A model generated the notes under the pieces. That model worked only from the letters and a program-made list of their open reading frames with translations, made no database searches and was not told the origin of the DNA. A DNA stretch of 64,000 nucleotides from Takakia lepidozioides (taxonomy: Eukaryota > Plantae > Bryophyta): contig CM060733.1 in assembly GCA_030704615.1 (NCBI GenBank), positions 28,086,001 to 28,150,000 of the forward strand, written 5' to 3'. Below, one piece after another: positions 49,602 through 60,540 of the stretch. A program made the position numbers and the translations under genes. Numbering within the stretch: position 1 is the first letter of the stretch; every line of letters begins with the position of its first letter.

Positions 49602-52592
49602 AATCGCGGTCTTCTGCACATCATGCTAGACCTGGCTGACATAGTACATATCTTGCCTTTATAAACATTGAGGAATTGTCACAATTGGGTTCCTCTTGGG
49701 TTCATCTTTCATGACAGTGTGCACGCAAGGATTTTTCGATGGAGGATGATGATATTTCGTCGTCATTCTCTCCAAACTCGATGGCCGCACGACTTCTGAA
49801 TTCCCGAAATTTCCTATAGCTTCATTCAACATTGTAGTTGTACAATACATATACATACACTCGGAATGTCAGTTAGCATCCTCTCCGTACCCAGCAAACA
49901 TCTGCGGCGAAGTGTGTCTCCATGGCAGTACCGGCGAATCACTGGGGTTGTCACGAGTCTGTGTAGTCGCCCTCATCCCGACTTCGCAGGCAAATTACAG
50001 GCCTTCAACCTAGATTGTGGGTCTTGGTTACGTGTACGATGTGAGGTAGTCTAGCGATGTAAAGAGGGGGTAGTTGTACGTACACAACCAAATGAGGTCC
50101 AATGCGAGCTCCTCCTTGAAGAGAGGAGCTTTTACTGCTCGTGTCCAGAGGAGGAAATGACGGATTTGTGGTATTATTGTGTGATTGAACTGTTGTACAT
50201 AGCTCATCTTACACTACATTCTCCCATTCACGTCACCATCGGCCTGGAGCCTTCCCGGCTCTTCCTGAAGAGGCAACTGAATCCCGATTAGGTGGTGTGC
50301 ACGAGAGTTATCTCAGCCGACTTTTTGAGTATTTCATGGTCGAACTCATGTTTGAAATTCCCTTGACACAGCGATGGTGGATGGGAGAGAATTCCTCATA
50401 GTTGCTCGTAACATATTTTGCTGCAACCAACTAACGGATATATTGAAACTAAGCCAGACAGGCTAGCATAAGGTCATTACATGATATGTAGTGAATCGAA
50501 AATCTTACTAAGTACGAAAAATCTACTGTGCTAGATATTGAGTGGATCACCGACTTCTATCATACTAAGCTAAGTTGCATTTGGACGTGATAATTTTGGG
50601 AGCGTTCCATCTCGCTTAAATGTCGATGCAGCCCACGCTGAACCCACCAAGGTTGCGCTTTGCATCTCCATTGAGACGAGTAACCTAGAGTTGAACTTGT
50701 ACAGGCCGAAAACAGAGCTGGCGCCTTATATGCCAGCTGCATGCTGGTCTACCAGATTGCAAGACGATGAAAGCTCCTGCAATAGCCCGAGACAGTTCAT
50801 GAATTAGCTATGTCAGTCATGAGCAGTGGGATCGATCGGTAGATGTTTGGCGTTTGGTCCATTCTTCAGCTCCTTTCCAGAAGGCGTAGTCGGATTTCGG
50901 GCGTGCTACCTGCTCACAGCCGTAGCAATTGACTCACTGGTTGCAAACCCCAGCAATGTAATATCCTAAATTCAGGCGCAGACTTAACTTGTGTAAATCT
51001 ATCAAGATTACTAATCCAGCGGACAAGGTATTGTTGAGCTCAACTGACAAATGCTTCTAGAACGATGCTAACAAAACCAACAAGTCAGCAGCGGCTTCCA
51101 GATGTTCGCAGTAAGTGGGCTCTTACAAATCTGACGTCCATCAATCTTGGCATGTTGCCACTTAAAGCGCGAGGCCTCAGAGAACACCGTGAATCTCTAA
51201 AGCGCATTGTGAATTGAGGCCCGACTGCTTGCTGAACGCACGAATCAACCGTCGGTGAATCACTGGATTGGAGACAGCATAGAAGGCGTAGTATGTCTGC
51301 GCGGGCTTCCAGTTATCTCTGAGATTTGAGGGCTGGTCTTCAGGGAGGTGAGCAGCATATGACGGTCGCTATAGTCCGACTCCTTTTCACCAACGTGCAG
51401 CTATGGTTGAGTCGCAGCATATGAACGTGCAACACATCAACAAGCCTTACGCGCCTTAAGCCTTACGCGCAGAAGTGAGTGCAGTGACCAGTCCTGTCGA
51501 AGAATGGACGGTCAGGGGCTTAAACACCTTCCTTGTACGACTCAATTTGCATAAATGTAAGGACAGTAGCAAACAGGTACGCGGCCACAGAACTGAAGAT
51601 TCAACATCTGAGACAATCGAACAATCGACAAGAAGACGAACAAGTAAGAACCACATAGAGCCATAATACAGTGAAACCTTTGCGTGCAGACTTGTACCAG
51701 ATTCACAGACTCGCATACCCAGAGAATACAAATGGAAAGTAAGACATCGGAAGAAGGAAGAAAGAAGGAGCACCTAAGAGTCTCAACCCTTCAGAATGTG
51801 GGTATGCAGAATCCTAACCGCCCGGGCACGTTATGAAGCTTGCTAGAACGATCCCTCTGGCGGCAAAAGGCCACATTAAATCTTGTCCGAAATAACACTT
51901 AAAACACGTACTAGTGGCAGTTAGTAACGCGTACGATACTGTGCATGCGGGGTACAGATCGAGCGTTAGATTTCCTCCAGAGTTGAAGCTTATTAGCCCT
52001 CCGCTCGGGATTGGGAGAATCGCGAGGATATGGATTCTGCCAGCCCACCCTGTGAAACCCAAGCATATGCCAAGGACCTGGTCCAGCTATCTGTACAATC
52101 CATTTACCAAGCTTCCAAGTCTTCACTCTACAGGTTTAGGCTACCCAAATTTTGTGGCCTAGTGTTCAAAGAAAAGCAGACGCACTCCAAGCACTGAGTG
52201 CCTCCATTGCCCTCTACATAATGGCAGCAGCTTACGTGTGGAGTGAGTCCATTAATTCTTCAGACGTACCCAAGCAGTATAGATCCGCCGAAATCTCTTG
52301 TTGGTCTCGTATGGGTAGCTGTATGGTTTAGAAGCTCACAGAGCCTGCCACACAATTTCTAGGTTTCGGAACCGTGGTACCGCAAGATCATCGCTGGGTC
52401 ACGTGACACTGAGCACTTTGCAGCGCGAGACAAGGCTTACTTACACTCCACAACCGCAGACACAACTCGACATGTTTGTTGTTCACAGAATCTACTTACA
52501 AGTGCCCATGAGAGAGAGAAATGACATCTGTTTTGTGCCATCGCAATCTTTGGTGGGTTTTTGGGTTCATGCCTACTCACAGTTGTTAGGCC

Positions 52593-52774
52593 GAGCAACC
52601 AGCATGTAGCCCAGTGGTAAGGGCACATACCCTCTCACGAGTGGTTGTGGGTTCAATCCACCTGTTGGAAGTCATTACGGTGTCCACCTTCCCATCGGAA
52701 GGCAGTAGCCCTATGGGGTCAAGTGACACCATAAGTTACGCTTGCTTCGGCAACGAGTTTACCTTTTTTTTTTT
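52593..52774 (+). mobile_element. tRNA-derived SINE with poly(T) tail and 13 bp TSD
   Basis: A-box TAGCCCAGTGGTAAGG, B-box GGGTTCAATCC and tail TTTACC(T)11. TSD CAGTTGTTAGGCC at 52580-52592 and 52775-52787. Confidence 0.9.
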
Positions 52775-55700
52775 CAGTTGTTAGGCCCACTTCACACATA
52801 ACTTACCATCATGAAATGGGTTGGAGCAGCGTTTTTTTTTTTCATTTAAGAACTTGAGCCATGTTGGCTCTTGGCTGGCCTATGAGGAAGATCAATTGGC
52901 GACTCTATGGCATGTGATTCAAACCGGTGGCTACTGTCAAGAATGTTTGATGAGTTTTATGCAAACTCAACTCATGTAGTGTGTTCGGTTTGTGGGAGCA
53001 ACAAGGGAGGTAATTTTTTCTAAGTAACAACGACACTGCATATTGCAAAACCTAGCACAACTCTGTCACATGGATACAATCCATTGACAAATATGACTAG
53101 GTACTCTTGTCCAAGATCAGCAACTCTGCTCAAAGCCTCGTGTGCCAATGGAGGAGGCGGTGCAAGTATGCTTAAATGGAGGTGCATGACACATATACTA
53201 GGCGGGTAAGCGAAACCTAAATGAGAGTTCCCTCCATAGCTCGACCCCTTGGTGAAAGCCGAAAGAGTTTGAACCTAAGGCTTTGCTCCTTGCGCTGGCA
53301 GTGTGGTAGGGTTTCTACGAACCCCAATGGCATGTGGCTCTTTCCCTGTGCAACAGCTGTACAGGAGCGTCCTCATTGCAGCGACATGATGGCATTAGGG
53401 AGGGCAGCAATGGAAACAATGCCTTATTTTAACCCATAATTCCTTTGTAAATTTCGTGAGGCTAGGATCGAAAAGTGGCAAAATTTTGAGCAAAAAAGAA
53501 AACGCTGGGTTGGAGTCAAAATATTATTTCAACATAGCTCTCCTTGGAACTTGATGTAAAGCGTCCAAGGGTGCAATTGGAAATTATTGACTTTAGCTTA
53601 CCAAGTGCGGCATAGTTTTATGAAAAGACCCAAGTTGGGGTGACTGTACAAATGGGTATAACTGTCCCCAAGAGGAGAAACAACTTGGGTTCTTTCAAGA
53701 GCCGACTGAATTGTAGGGAGAATTTTATGCATTCTGGAATTTTATGATTCATGATGAGAATTTGTTGTTGATGAAATTCATCAAATGGGATGGAAGTGGA
53801 GAACTGAAAGAAAACACCTTCTGAAATATGTTTGTAATAATTAGGGGGCCAGGTATGATTATGGGTTTTTCATCCTTGCTGAGTCCTACATTTCAATTAT
53901 GATACAAAATTTTGTAGCAGAAGGGGGGAAAAAGATATGATGTACTTGATGGCCACTCGGTGCAGGGTCAACTAACTTGCCCGATCTACACAATCTGTTC
54001 CTGCCCGCTACAAATTAACATCAAGCAAGTACAGAGGAATGAATAGATCTTAGTCTGTTTTCTCTACAGATGGAGGCCTCCTCTATCCTCCGAACCGCCA
54101 CATTCATCATCATGTATACCTTTTTGAAAAATCCTGTGATTACGATCTGGGTTCGCCTTCTATCAAAACATAGCAGCCTCCTTACATCAGTAAATTCCTG
54201 CAGTTCGCCTTTAGTTGCGCTAAAGAGATTCCACGGTAATCATAGATTTATGTCGGATATTTTGAGTATTGCCAACCAGAAGTGACTGCTGTCACCCCTT
54301 TCTAATTCTCGAAAGTACCTTCAATGATGCATAAACTTAAGCGGGAAAGTTTACCAAATCATAATTTCGCTGCAAAGCTGGCTGTCATGAACATTCTTGT
54401 ACGTTCAATGAGCACGACGCTGTTCAACTCTAATCTGGAGACCTTCAAAATGATATTGGGGAGTTCTGGTGCTCTCTCTGTATTGTTGGCAGCTTTAGGT
54501 TCGCAAAACTCCTAGACTTATAACAGGCAAGGAGAGAATAGAAAAAAACTGCCTTTGCACATTATGGAGTGGACACATTACAGTACCAAGAGCGTTCTAC
54601 TATGTCGTGTTCATAGAAGCTTATGAGCATCGAAGATGAACGTAGCTCGCTTGGTCTTGTCTCTCCCTGGGCCTAGCACAAATCTGGAAGAAGGTTGAAA
54701 ATTAAGGACAGAAGAACTGGTATCCATCTCAATTCTGGTGGACTTTACAAATTCCTCCAGCTTTTCTTGACGGCCGTCGTTTTAATTCACACGATCTGTT
54801 CCTGATCAATTTCCTGTGCAACCGTGATCAAAATTACGGAGCCCTGGACTAGTTTTAAGTTGGAAACATAATAGCTTGCTTGGACATTTTGAGAGTAATT
54901 TGTGACTTGGGATCTGCTAAACATGTTGACTTGGTGCTGTAGCAACGTGTGCGCAGTATCGTCTCGCGGAGAGCCGACCTCTATGGTGAAGAAGATCGTC
55001 AGTGTGTTTGTCTTCCTTCCTGTCGAAGTTATGTTAAAAGCTTCTTTCTTTCCTTATATCTAAAGGGGCATCTCCTCAAGTGGGGAAGTCTCCGTGCAAG
55101 GCCTCTACGCTGGCAAGTGATACTTAAACTTAAATATATTATACTGTTCAAAACGTGTTCAAATCAATTCCCACAATCGTAACGGAAACCAAAAGAAGGC
55201 ACATCTGTGAGTCTAGAGACTGAGCAAATATTTACAACCCAAGCAAACAATCGGTCGGCTGCAGCAAAATCTCCCATATATTCACAGTAATCGAGTATCT
55301 TCCTGTTGGGCCGATAGCCCGTCAAATGTACAGAGGGCTGACAAAAAGGGATTCAAGGCTCGGAGCACCTCCGAGTTAGAGATTGTCTGTGTGTCTAATC
55401 TACCGAAGCAGTCCGTAAGGACCCACCGCTAGTTCTGTCCTTCTCCCGTTTCCAAAGTTTTCGGTGTCAGATCCTCAACTCCAGCCGGCAGTATTTGAAG
55501 TGCTAAGTACATCACTTCAATATTACAAGTCGGTTTTTTCAAATCGTGGCTGGTACATTGCGAACTTGGAACGGTGGGAAGATCATGATTCATATCTTGA
55601 GCCAAAAGCCTTAAATCTTCAGTGGAAAAAACTATCTTCTGCTGCCGTCCTGGTCTCGTTAACTATTTCCTTACATCATAAAGGACGGGTTTATAGGTTA

Positions 55701-57371
55701 TACTCATCCATCTGTTTCATTGATGAGCCATTGATAAGGCCAGTGTAGGGACTGAGCTCCACTGAGCAAAGGTACAGAGCTGCAGACCATCGTGCACAAA
55801 GAAATGTACTGTGATCCGCAAGACATGTAACCTGTCCACATAAGGATGTCGCTTTCATAAAGCTGTCATTTGGAGCTTGCATGCCGGTTTGCTGAGCTTC
55901 CACTGGCACATCTTTTGCACGGCTATTTAAGCTGCAATATATGAGCCTTCCATATGGTGTACCTTCTCTGGATGGACTTGGTCAAGTTTGATATCTGATT
56001 TGACATGTGCAGATAGGTGATCCATGCAGCCTCAACCAGGCACAAGACTAACATCCATGTGGGCGTTCCGTTCTATTGCAGTTCCTAAACAGTGGCCGCC
56101 ACAAGCTGACAAGGCAAAACACTGCTGCTCTTTACAGACAAAAATGCAACGGCAATTTAGAAGAGAGGTAATCAGTGATTAGGTTTTGGGTGTCAGCTCT
56201 GATCCAATTGTGACAGTTGCAAGATGATTCACATTACACTCTTTCACAACCTCATGGACTGCCAGTTTGTAATATTTTTGTTAGCTTCAACTTCGAAGGC
56301 ACCTATCCTTAAATTTTCAGAATTTTTTGGTGAAGTTCTTGGTCTACCTGGGTAGTGATTTAGTACCATGTGCATGTAGGCCCTTTTGGGTTTTCAATGA
56401 TAATTTCTTTCAAAAATTTCTAACACTTAGAATAGGATGAAATCCACTCATGGGATCCCCTTGAGATTGGGGCTGCTTTGTCTAATTTCACAGCTGCCCT
56501 CTGTTGGCTCATCCATCACCAGCAGCAATTTTGGTACCCTTTGGGAGTCAACGTTCAGAGGATCTTTGGTTGTATTCTGATGCCATCTCATGCTTTTCAG
56601 CCTTTGGCAGCCATAACCTTCTCCCCCTTTGGCTACCATTTGGCTTGGAAAGCCCTCAATCTGGCCTGAGATTTCCAATTTAGAGCTCTTCAATTGGACC
56701 TGGATCAAGAAAGTTATGGTTGAAAGAAGGGGTAAAACCTTAAACCTGGAACTTGTGCAGTCTTTTGTCCTTTATAGCTTCAGATGTTGTATCAACTAAT
56801 CCTGAAAACAATCAAAAGCCACTAGGCAAGCCACATATAAAATGTAGACCTGCAGATTGGGGCAATCCAGAGCTATTCAAAGGTCTTAGTTGTCAGCCAG
56901 GTTCAGGTTATAGATGATGGCATTTTCAATCCATCATACTCTCCTTATTGGCCATGAAGGCTAGTAGAAAGAACAGGTGTTCAAGGTAAAAGTGACAAGA
57001 TCTATGAAGATGCAGCATGTCCCCAGTCCCTCCAAACAGAGAATCCTCAGGTCTTTCTTCTCAAGTATAGGGTATCCCATTATTTTATTGATGTGGTTCA
57101 AAATAGGAAGAAACATTATTTTATCGGTGTGGTTCAAAACAGGATGTTCTTCCTACCTAATGATTTGTGCAACCTATCAACAACTCTGCAATAAGGATTT
57201 CCATGACTTCACACCTGCCATTTCATGATTGTTTAGGAATGGTGATCATCCACATCTGCACCTCCCAGATAATGCAGGTACTGACTGTTACCTTAATTGA
57301 CAGAATTTTTTTGCCCACATTTTGCCCTCGTGTCTGAAGCAGTTCGCTTTCTCTCCCGCATTCTGCATATT

Positions 57372-59945
57372 TCACCAGTAATCTCCACAAGAACAAAACC
57401 CCTCTTGGAAGTGGTGAAAGCGGTTGGCATCCCGTACAACAATTGCTCGCCGAGCAATCTTTGAGATGAACTTGGTGGCCGAGTGGCAGTCACCACACAC
57501 CCTAAGGTTCTTGATGACTCGGATAGGCATCCCAGGAGGCGTGGTAATCAGCCCAAAAGCAATGGCTAGCTTCTCACTGTGGTGATAAAGAGAAATTTGC
57601 TTTCGCTCCTCCTCCACGTCATGCAATACAAAGCGGGTGTCAGGCACGTACCCGGCCTCCTTCATCTGCCCTGACAATCTCTCCAGTTCAGCATGGATTT
57701 CCTGAATTTGTGGATGCAATTTGTCTCCTACAAGGAATGTATGCACCTGGTTGTCAACCTCAATGCAGCTGTGCCCTGGATCCTTTCTGACACCCCTGTC
57801 CCGCATCATTATTCTCACCTTTGCTGTATCATCCCACCTGCCAGCAGCAGCATAGATGTTTGATAGCAGCACATAAGTTGCAGCATCCTGCGGATCACAC
57901 TTGATAAGGCATTTTGCTGCACGTTCTGCCACCTTTACATTGCCATGAACTCTGCAGGCACTGAGCAAAGCCCCCCACACTGCAGCGCCTGGTTCAATTG
58001 GCATACTGTTAATGAAGTCTTCTGCCTCTTCCAATTGCCCTGCACGGCCAAGAAGGTCCACCATGCAGCCAAAATGCTGCATTGTAGGAGTGAGACCATG
58101 ATCTTGACTCATGGAAGTAAAGTAGTGACAGCCTTCATCAACTAGGCCCACATGGCTACATGCAGAGAGAAGACATATGAAGGTGACATTGTTCGGTTTC
58201 AAGCCTTCCTGTTGCATTTGTCCAAATAGTTGTAGGGTTTCCACACCACATCCATGCTGAGCATATCCGGCGATTATGGCATTCCATGAGACCACATTGC
58301 GTACAACCATACTGTTGAGCACTTGGTCTGCATCCTTTATGCTCCCACACTTGGCATACATATTGACAAGGGAGGTGTCGAGAATGATGTCTGGTGCAAT
58401 TCCTGCTCTCACAATGTCAGCATGGATCTCTATGCCCTTTTGCAGGGCTGCCAGACAGGCACATGCATGGAGGATGCAAATGAATGTAACCTTGTTAGGT
58501 GACACCCCTTCCCGTATCATTTGCTCGTAGATTGCGAAAGCCTCCCTACCAAAACCATGCTGGGAATAACCTCCAATCATTGCATTCCATGAGACCACAT
58601 CTCGTTCAGCCATATTATCGAACACCTCTAGCGCATCCTTCATGCTCCTGCATTTGGCATACATATCAACAAGGGAATTTTCCAGATTTATGCATGATGC
58701 AAGTCCAGCTTTCCTGACACTACCATGGACCTCTTTTCCCTTTTCCAGGGCTCCTAGTCTGGCACAAGCATTGAGAGCGCAAATGAATGTGACCTGGCTG
58801 GGTTTTACACCTTCGCATATCATTTGCTCATATATTTCAAAGGCCTCCCCACCATACCCATGTTGAGAATATCCTGCAATCATTGCATTCCAAGAAACCA
58901 CATTCCGTTCAGCTATATTGTCAAACACTTGACGGGCATCTTTAACACTCCCACATTTGGCATACATATTAACAAGGGCAGTATCCAGAATAACATTTGG
59001 CACAATTCCAGCTTTGACGATGTCAGCATGGACCTCTTTTCCCTTCCTGAGGGCTGCTAGGTTGGCACACGCATTGAGAAGGCAAACGAAAGTGACCTGG
59101 CTCGGCTTCACCCCTTTCTGTAACATTTGCCCATACATCTTGAAAGCTTCCCTCCCAGACTCATGCTGAGCATATCCTGCTATGATCACATTCCATGAGA
59201 CAACATCCTGTTCAGCCATACTGTTGAACACTTCATGTGCATCCTTTATACTCCCACATTTGGTGTACATGTTGATAAGGGTATTCTCCAAAATGATGTC
59301 TAGTTCAAATCCAGCTTTCATGATGTCAGCATGGACCCCTTTGCCCTTTTCCAGGGCTCCTAGGCTGGCACACGCATCCACAACAGAAATGAATGTAATC
59401 TTGTCAGGAATCACTCCTTCCCGTTGCATTTGCTCATACATCTCAAAAGCTTCCCTAGCACAACCATGCTTGGCATATCCTCCTATCATTATATTCCATG
59501 TAAACAAATTTCGCTTAGCCATGTTTTCAAACACTTGACGTGCATCCACCACACTTCCACACTTTGCGTACATATTGACAAGGGTGTTCAGTAGAAAGGT
59601 GTTTAGCTTCAGTCCACTTTGAGTAATGTGGGCGTGCACTTGCTTTCCTTCTGCTAGGGCTTTCATTTTGATACACTCCTGCAAGACACATACATATGTA
59701 TTGAAGCCTGCGGTTATGTCTCTTTTGGTCAAAATGTGCAGAGCTTTTTTCAGTTGTCCTGCCTTGCATAGTGTCCTCACATCCTCACAAGTGTCCAGAC
59801 AGTTCTTGTTGGCTCCCTCTGTCAGTCCTTCAAGCAAGGCTGATCGTAGGTTATACTGAAATCTGTCCCCCGCCCATGTTTGACCAGACTCTGTCCTTTG
59901 ACCATACTCTGGGCCATCACCTGATTGTGCTCGACCTTGTATCAT
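57372..59945 (-). CDS. PLS-class PPR protein with E1-E2-DYW (C-to-U RNA editing factor); N-terminus uncertain
   Basis: About 18 regular P/L/S motifs, PG box (KDPGHSCIE), HSEKLA, CGDCH and terminal CSCGDYW. The first in-frame ATG is at 59945, but the frame is open to 60056. Confidence 0.95.
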   Translation of the reverse strand: MIQGRAQSGDGPEYGQRTESGQTWAGDRFQYNLRSALLEGLTEGANKNCLDTCEDVRTLCKAGQLKKALHILTKRDITAGFNTYVCVLQECIKMKALAEGKQVHAHITQSGLKLNTFLLNTLVNMYAKCGSVVDARQVFENMAKRNLFTWNIMIGGYAKHGCAREAFEMYEQMQREGVIPDKITFISVVDACASLGALEKGKGVHADIMKAGFELDIILENTLINMYTKCGSIKDAHEVFNSMAEQDVVSWNVIIAGYAQHESGREAFKMYGQMLQKGVKPSQVTFVCLLNACANLAALRKGKEVHADIVKAGIVPNVILDTALVNMYAKCGSVKDARQVFDNIAERNVVSWNAMIAGYSQHGYGGEAFEIYEQMICEGVKPSQVTFICALNACARLGALEKGKEVHGSVRKAGLASCINLENSLVDMYAKCRSMKDALEVFDNMAERDVVSWNAMIGGYSQHGFGREAFAIYEQMIREGVSPNKVTFICILHACACLAALQKGIEIHADIVRAGIAPDIILDTSLVNMYAKCGSIKDADQVLNSMVVRNVVSWNAIIAGYAQHGCGVETLQLFGQMQQEGLKPNNVTFICLLSACSHVGLVDEGCHYFTSMSQDHGLTPTMQHFGCMVDLLGRAGQLEEAEDFINSMPIEPGAAVWGALLSACRVHGNVKVAERAAKCLIKCDPQDAATYVLLSNIYAAAGRWDDTAKVRIMMRDRGVRKDPGHSCIEVDNQVHTFLVGDKLHPQIQEIHAELERLSGQMKEAGYVPDTRFVLHDVEEERKQISLYHHSEKLAIAFGLITTPPGMPIRVIKNLRVCGDCHSATKFISKIARRAIVVRDANRFHHFQEGFCSCGDYW

Positions 59946-60540
59946 GGCACCTAGCTCTGTTTTCACCCAAGGAGGGGTTGAGCAATCTTCAATCCAGAGG
60001 GCCTCCTTTGTGCGTTTATTTCTGAAGTCTGGTGATCTTGAACTTGTCTGCGGAAACTACCAGTGGGCAGCTGAGCAGCCGTCATCTCAACCATAGCCAC
60101 ACATAACATCCATCAAAGCTGCAAGTGTTTTTCCAGTAACAGGGAAGAACCTTGAACTACCTACTTTCATGCACGGAAGAACAACCTACCAGAAGTAAGA
60201 TTCAGATTTTCTTCTTTTTCAACATTCGAGCAAAATTGTATTTAAGGTAAGCAACTAGAGGTACAATCAAGTCCCCAGACCATCGTCATTCCAGCTTCAG
60301 TCACTATCCTTCATTAACAAACTCTTTCTGATGACAGCCTCACCTTATCAAACCTGTTGTCCCACCACTGTGAAGGGTCTGAGAAGAATTCCTGCCAGAG
60401 TTGTTCTTTGCTCAATGCATGGCCTGCATACAAATGACATCACAAACATCAATCTTTAGCAGCTCCTAGGTAGCCGAGTGTTATTGAGCCTAGCATGGAT
60501 TTTCTGTCCTTTTCTCTCTCTCTGTCCCTCTCTCTTTGTC

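Noticed and set aside
50400-51500. Possible decayed multi-exon gene on the minus strand
   Set aside because: Only short coding-like patches with stops and no recognisable motif; it would need a BLASTX hit.
52600-52670. tRNA gene
   Set aside because: No complete cloverleaf; the TSD and tail identify it as a SINE head.
54050-55750. Possible decayed coding fragments on the minus strand
   Set aside because: Stops in all frames and no assignable family by eye.
57945-59859. Plus-strand ORFs over the PPR gene
   Set aside because: Antisense shadows of the repetitive PPR coding sequence.
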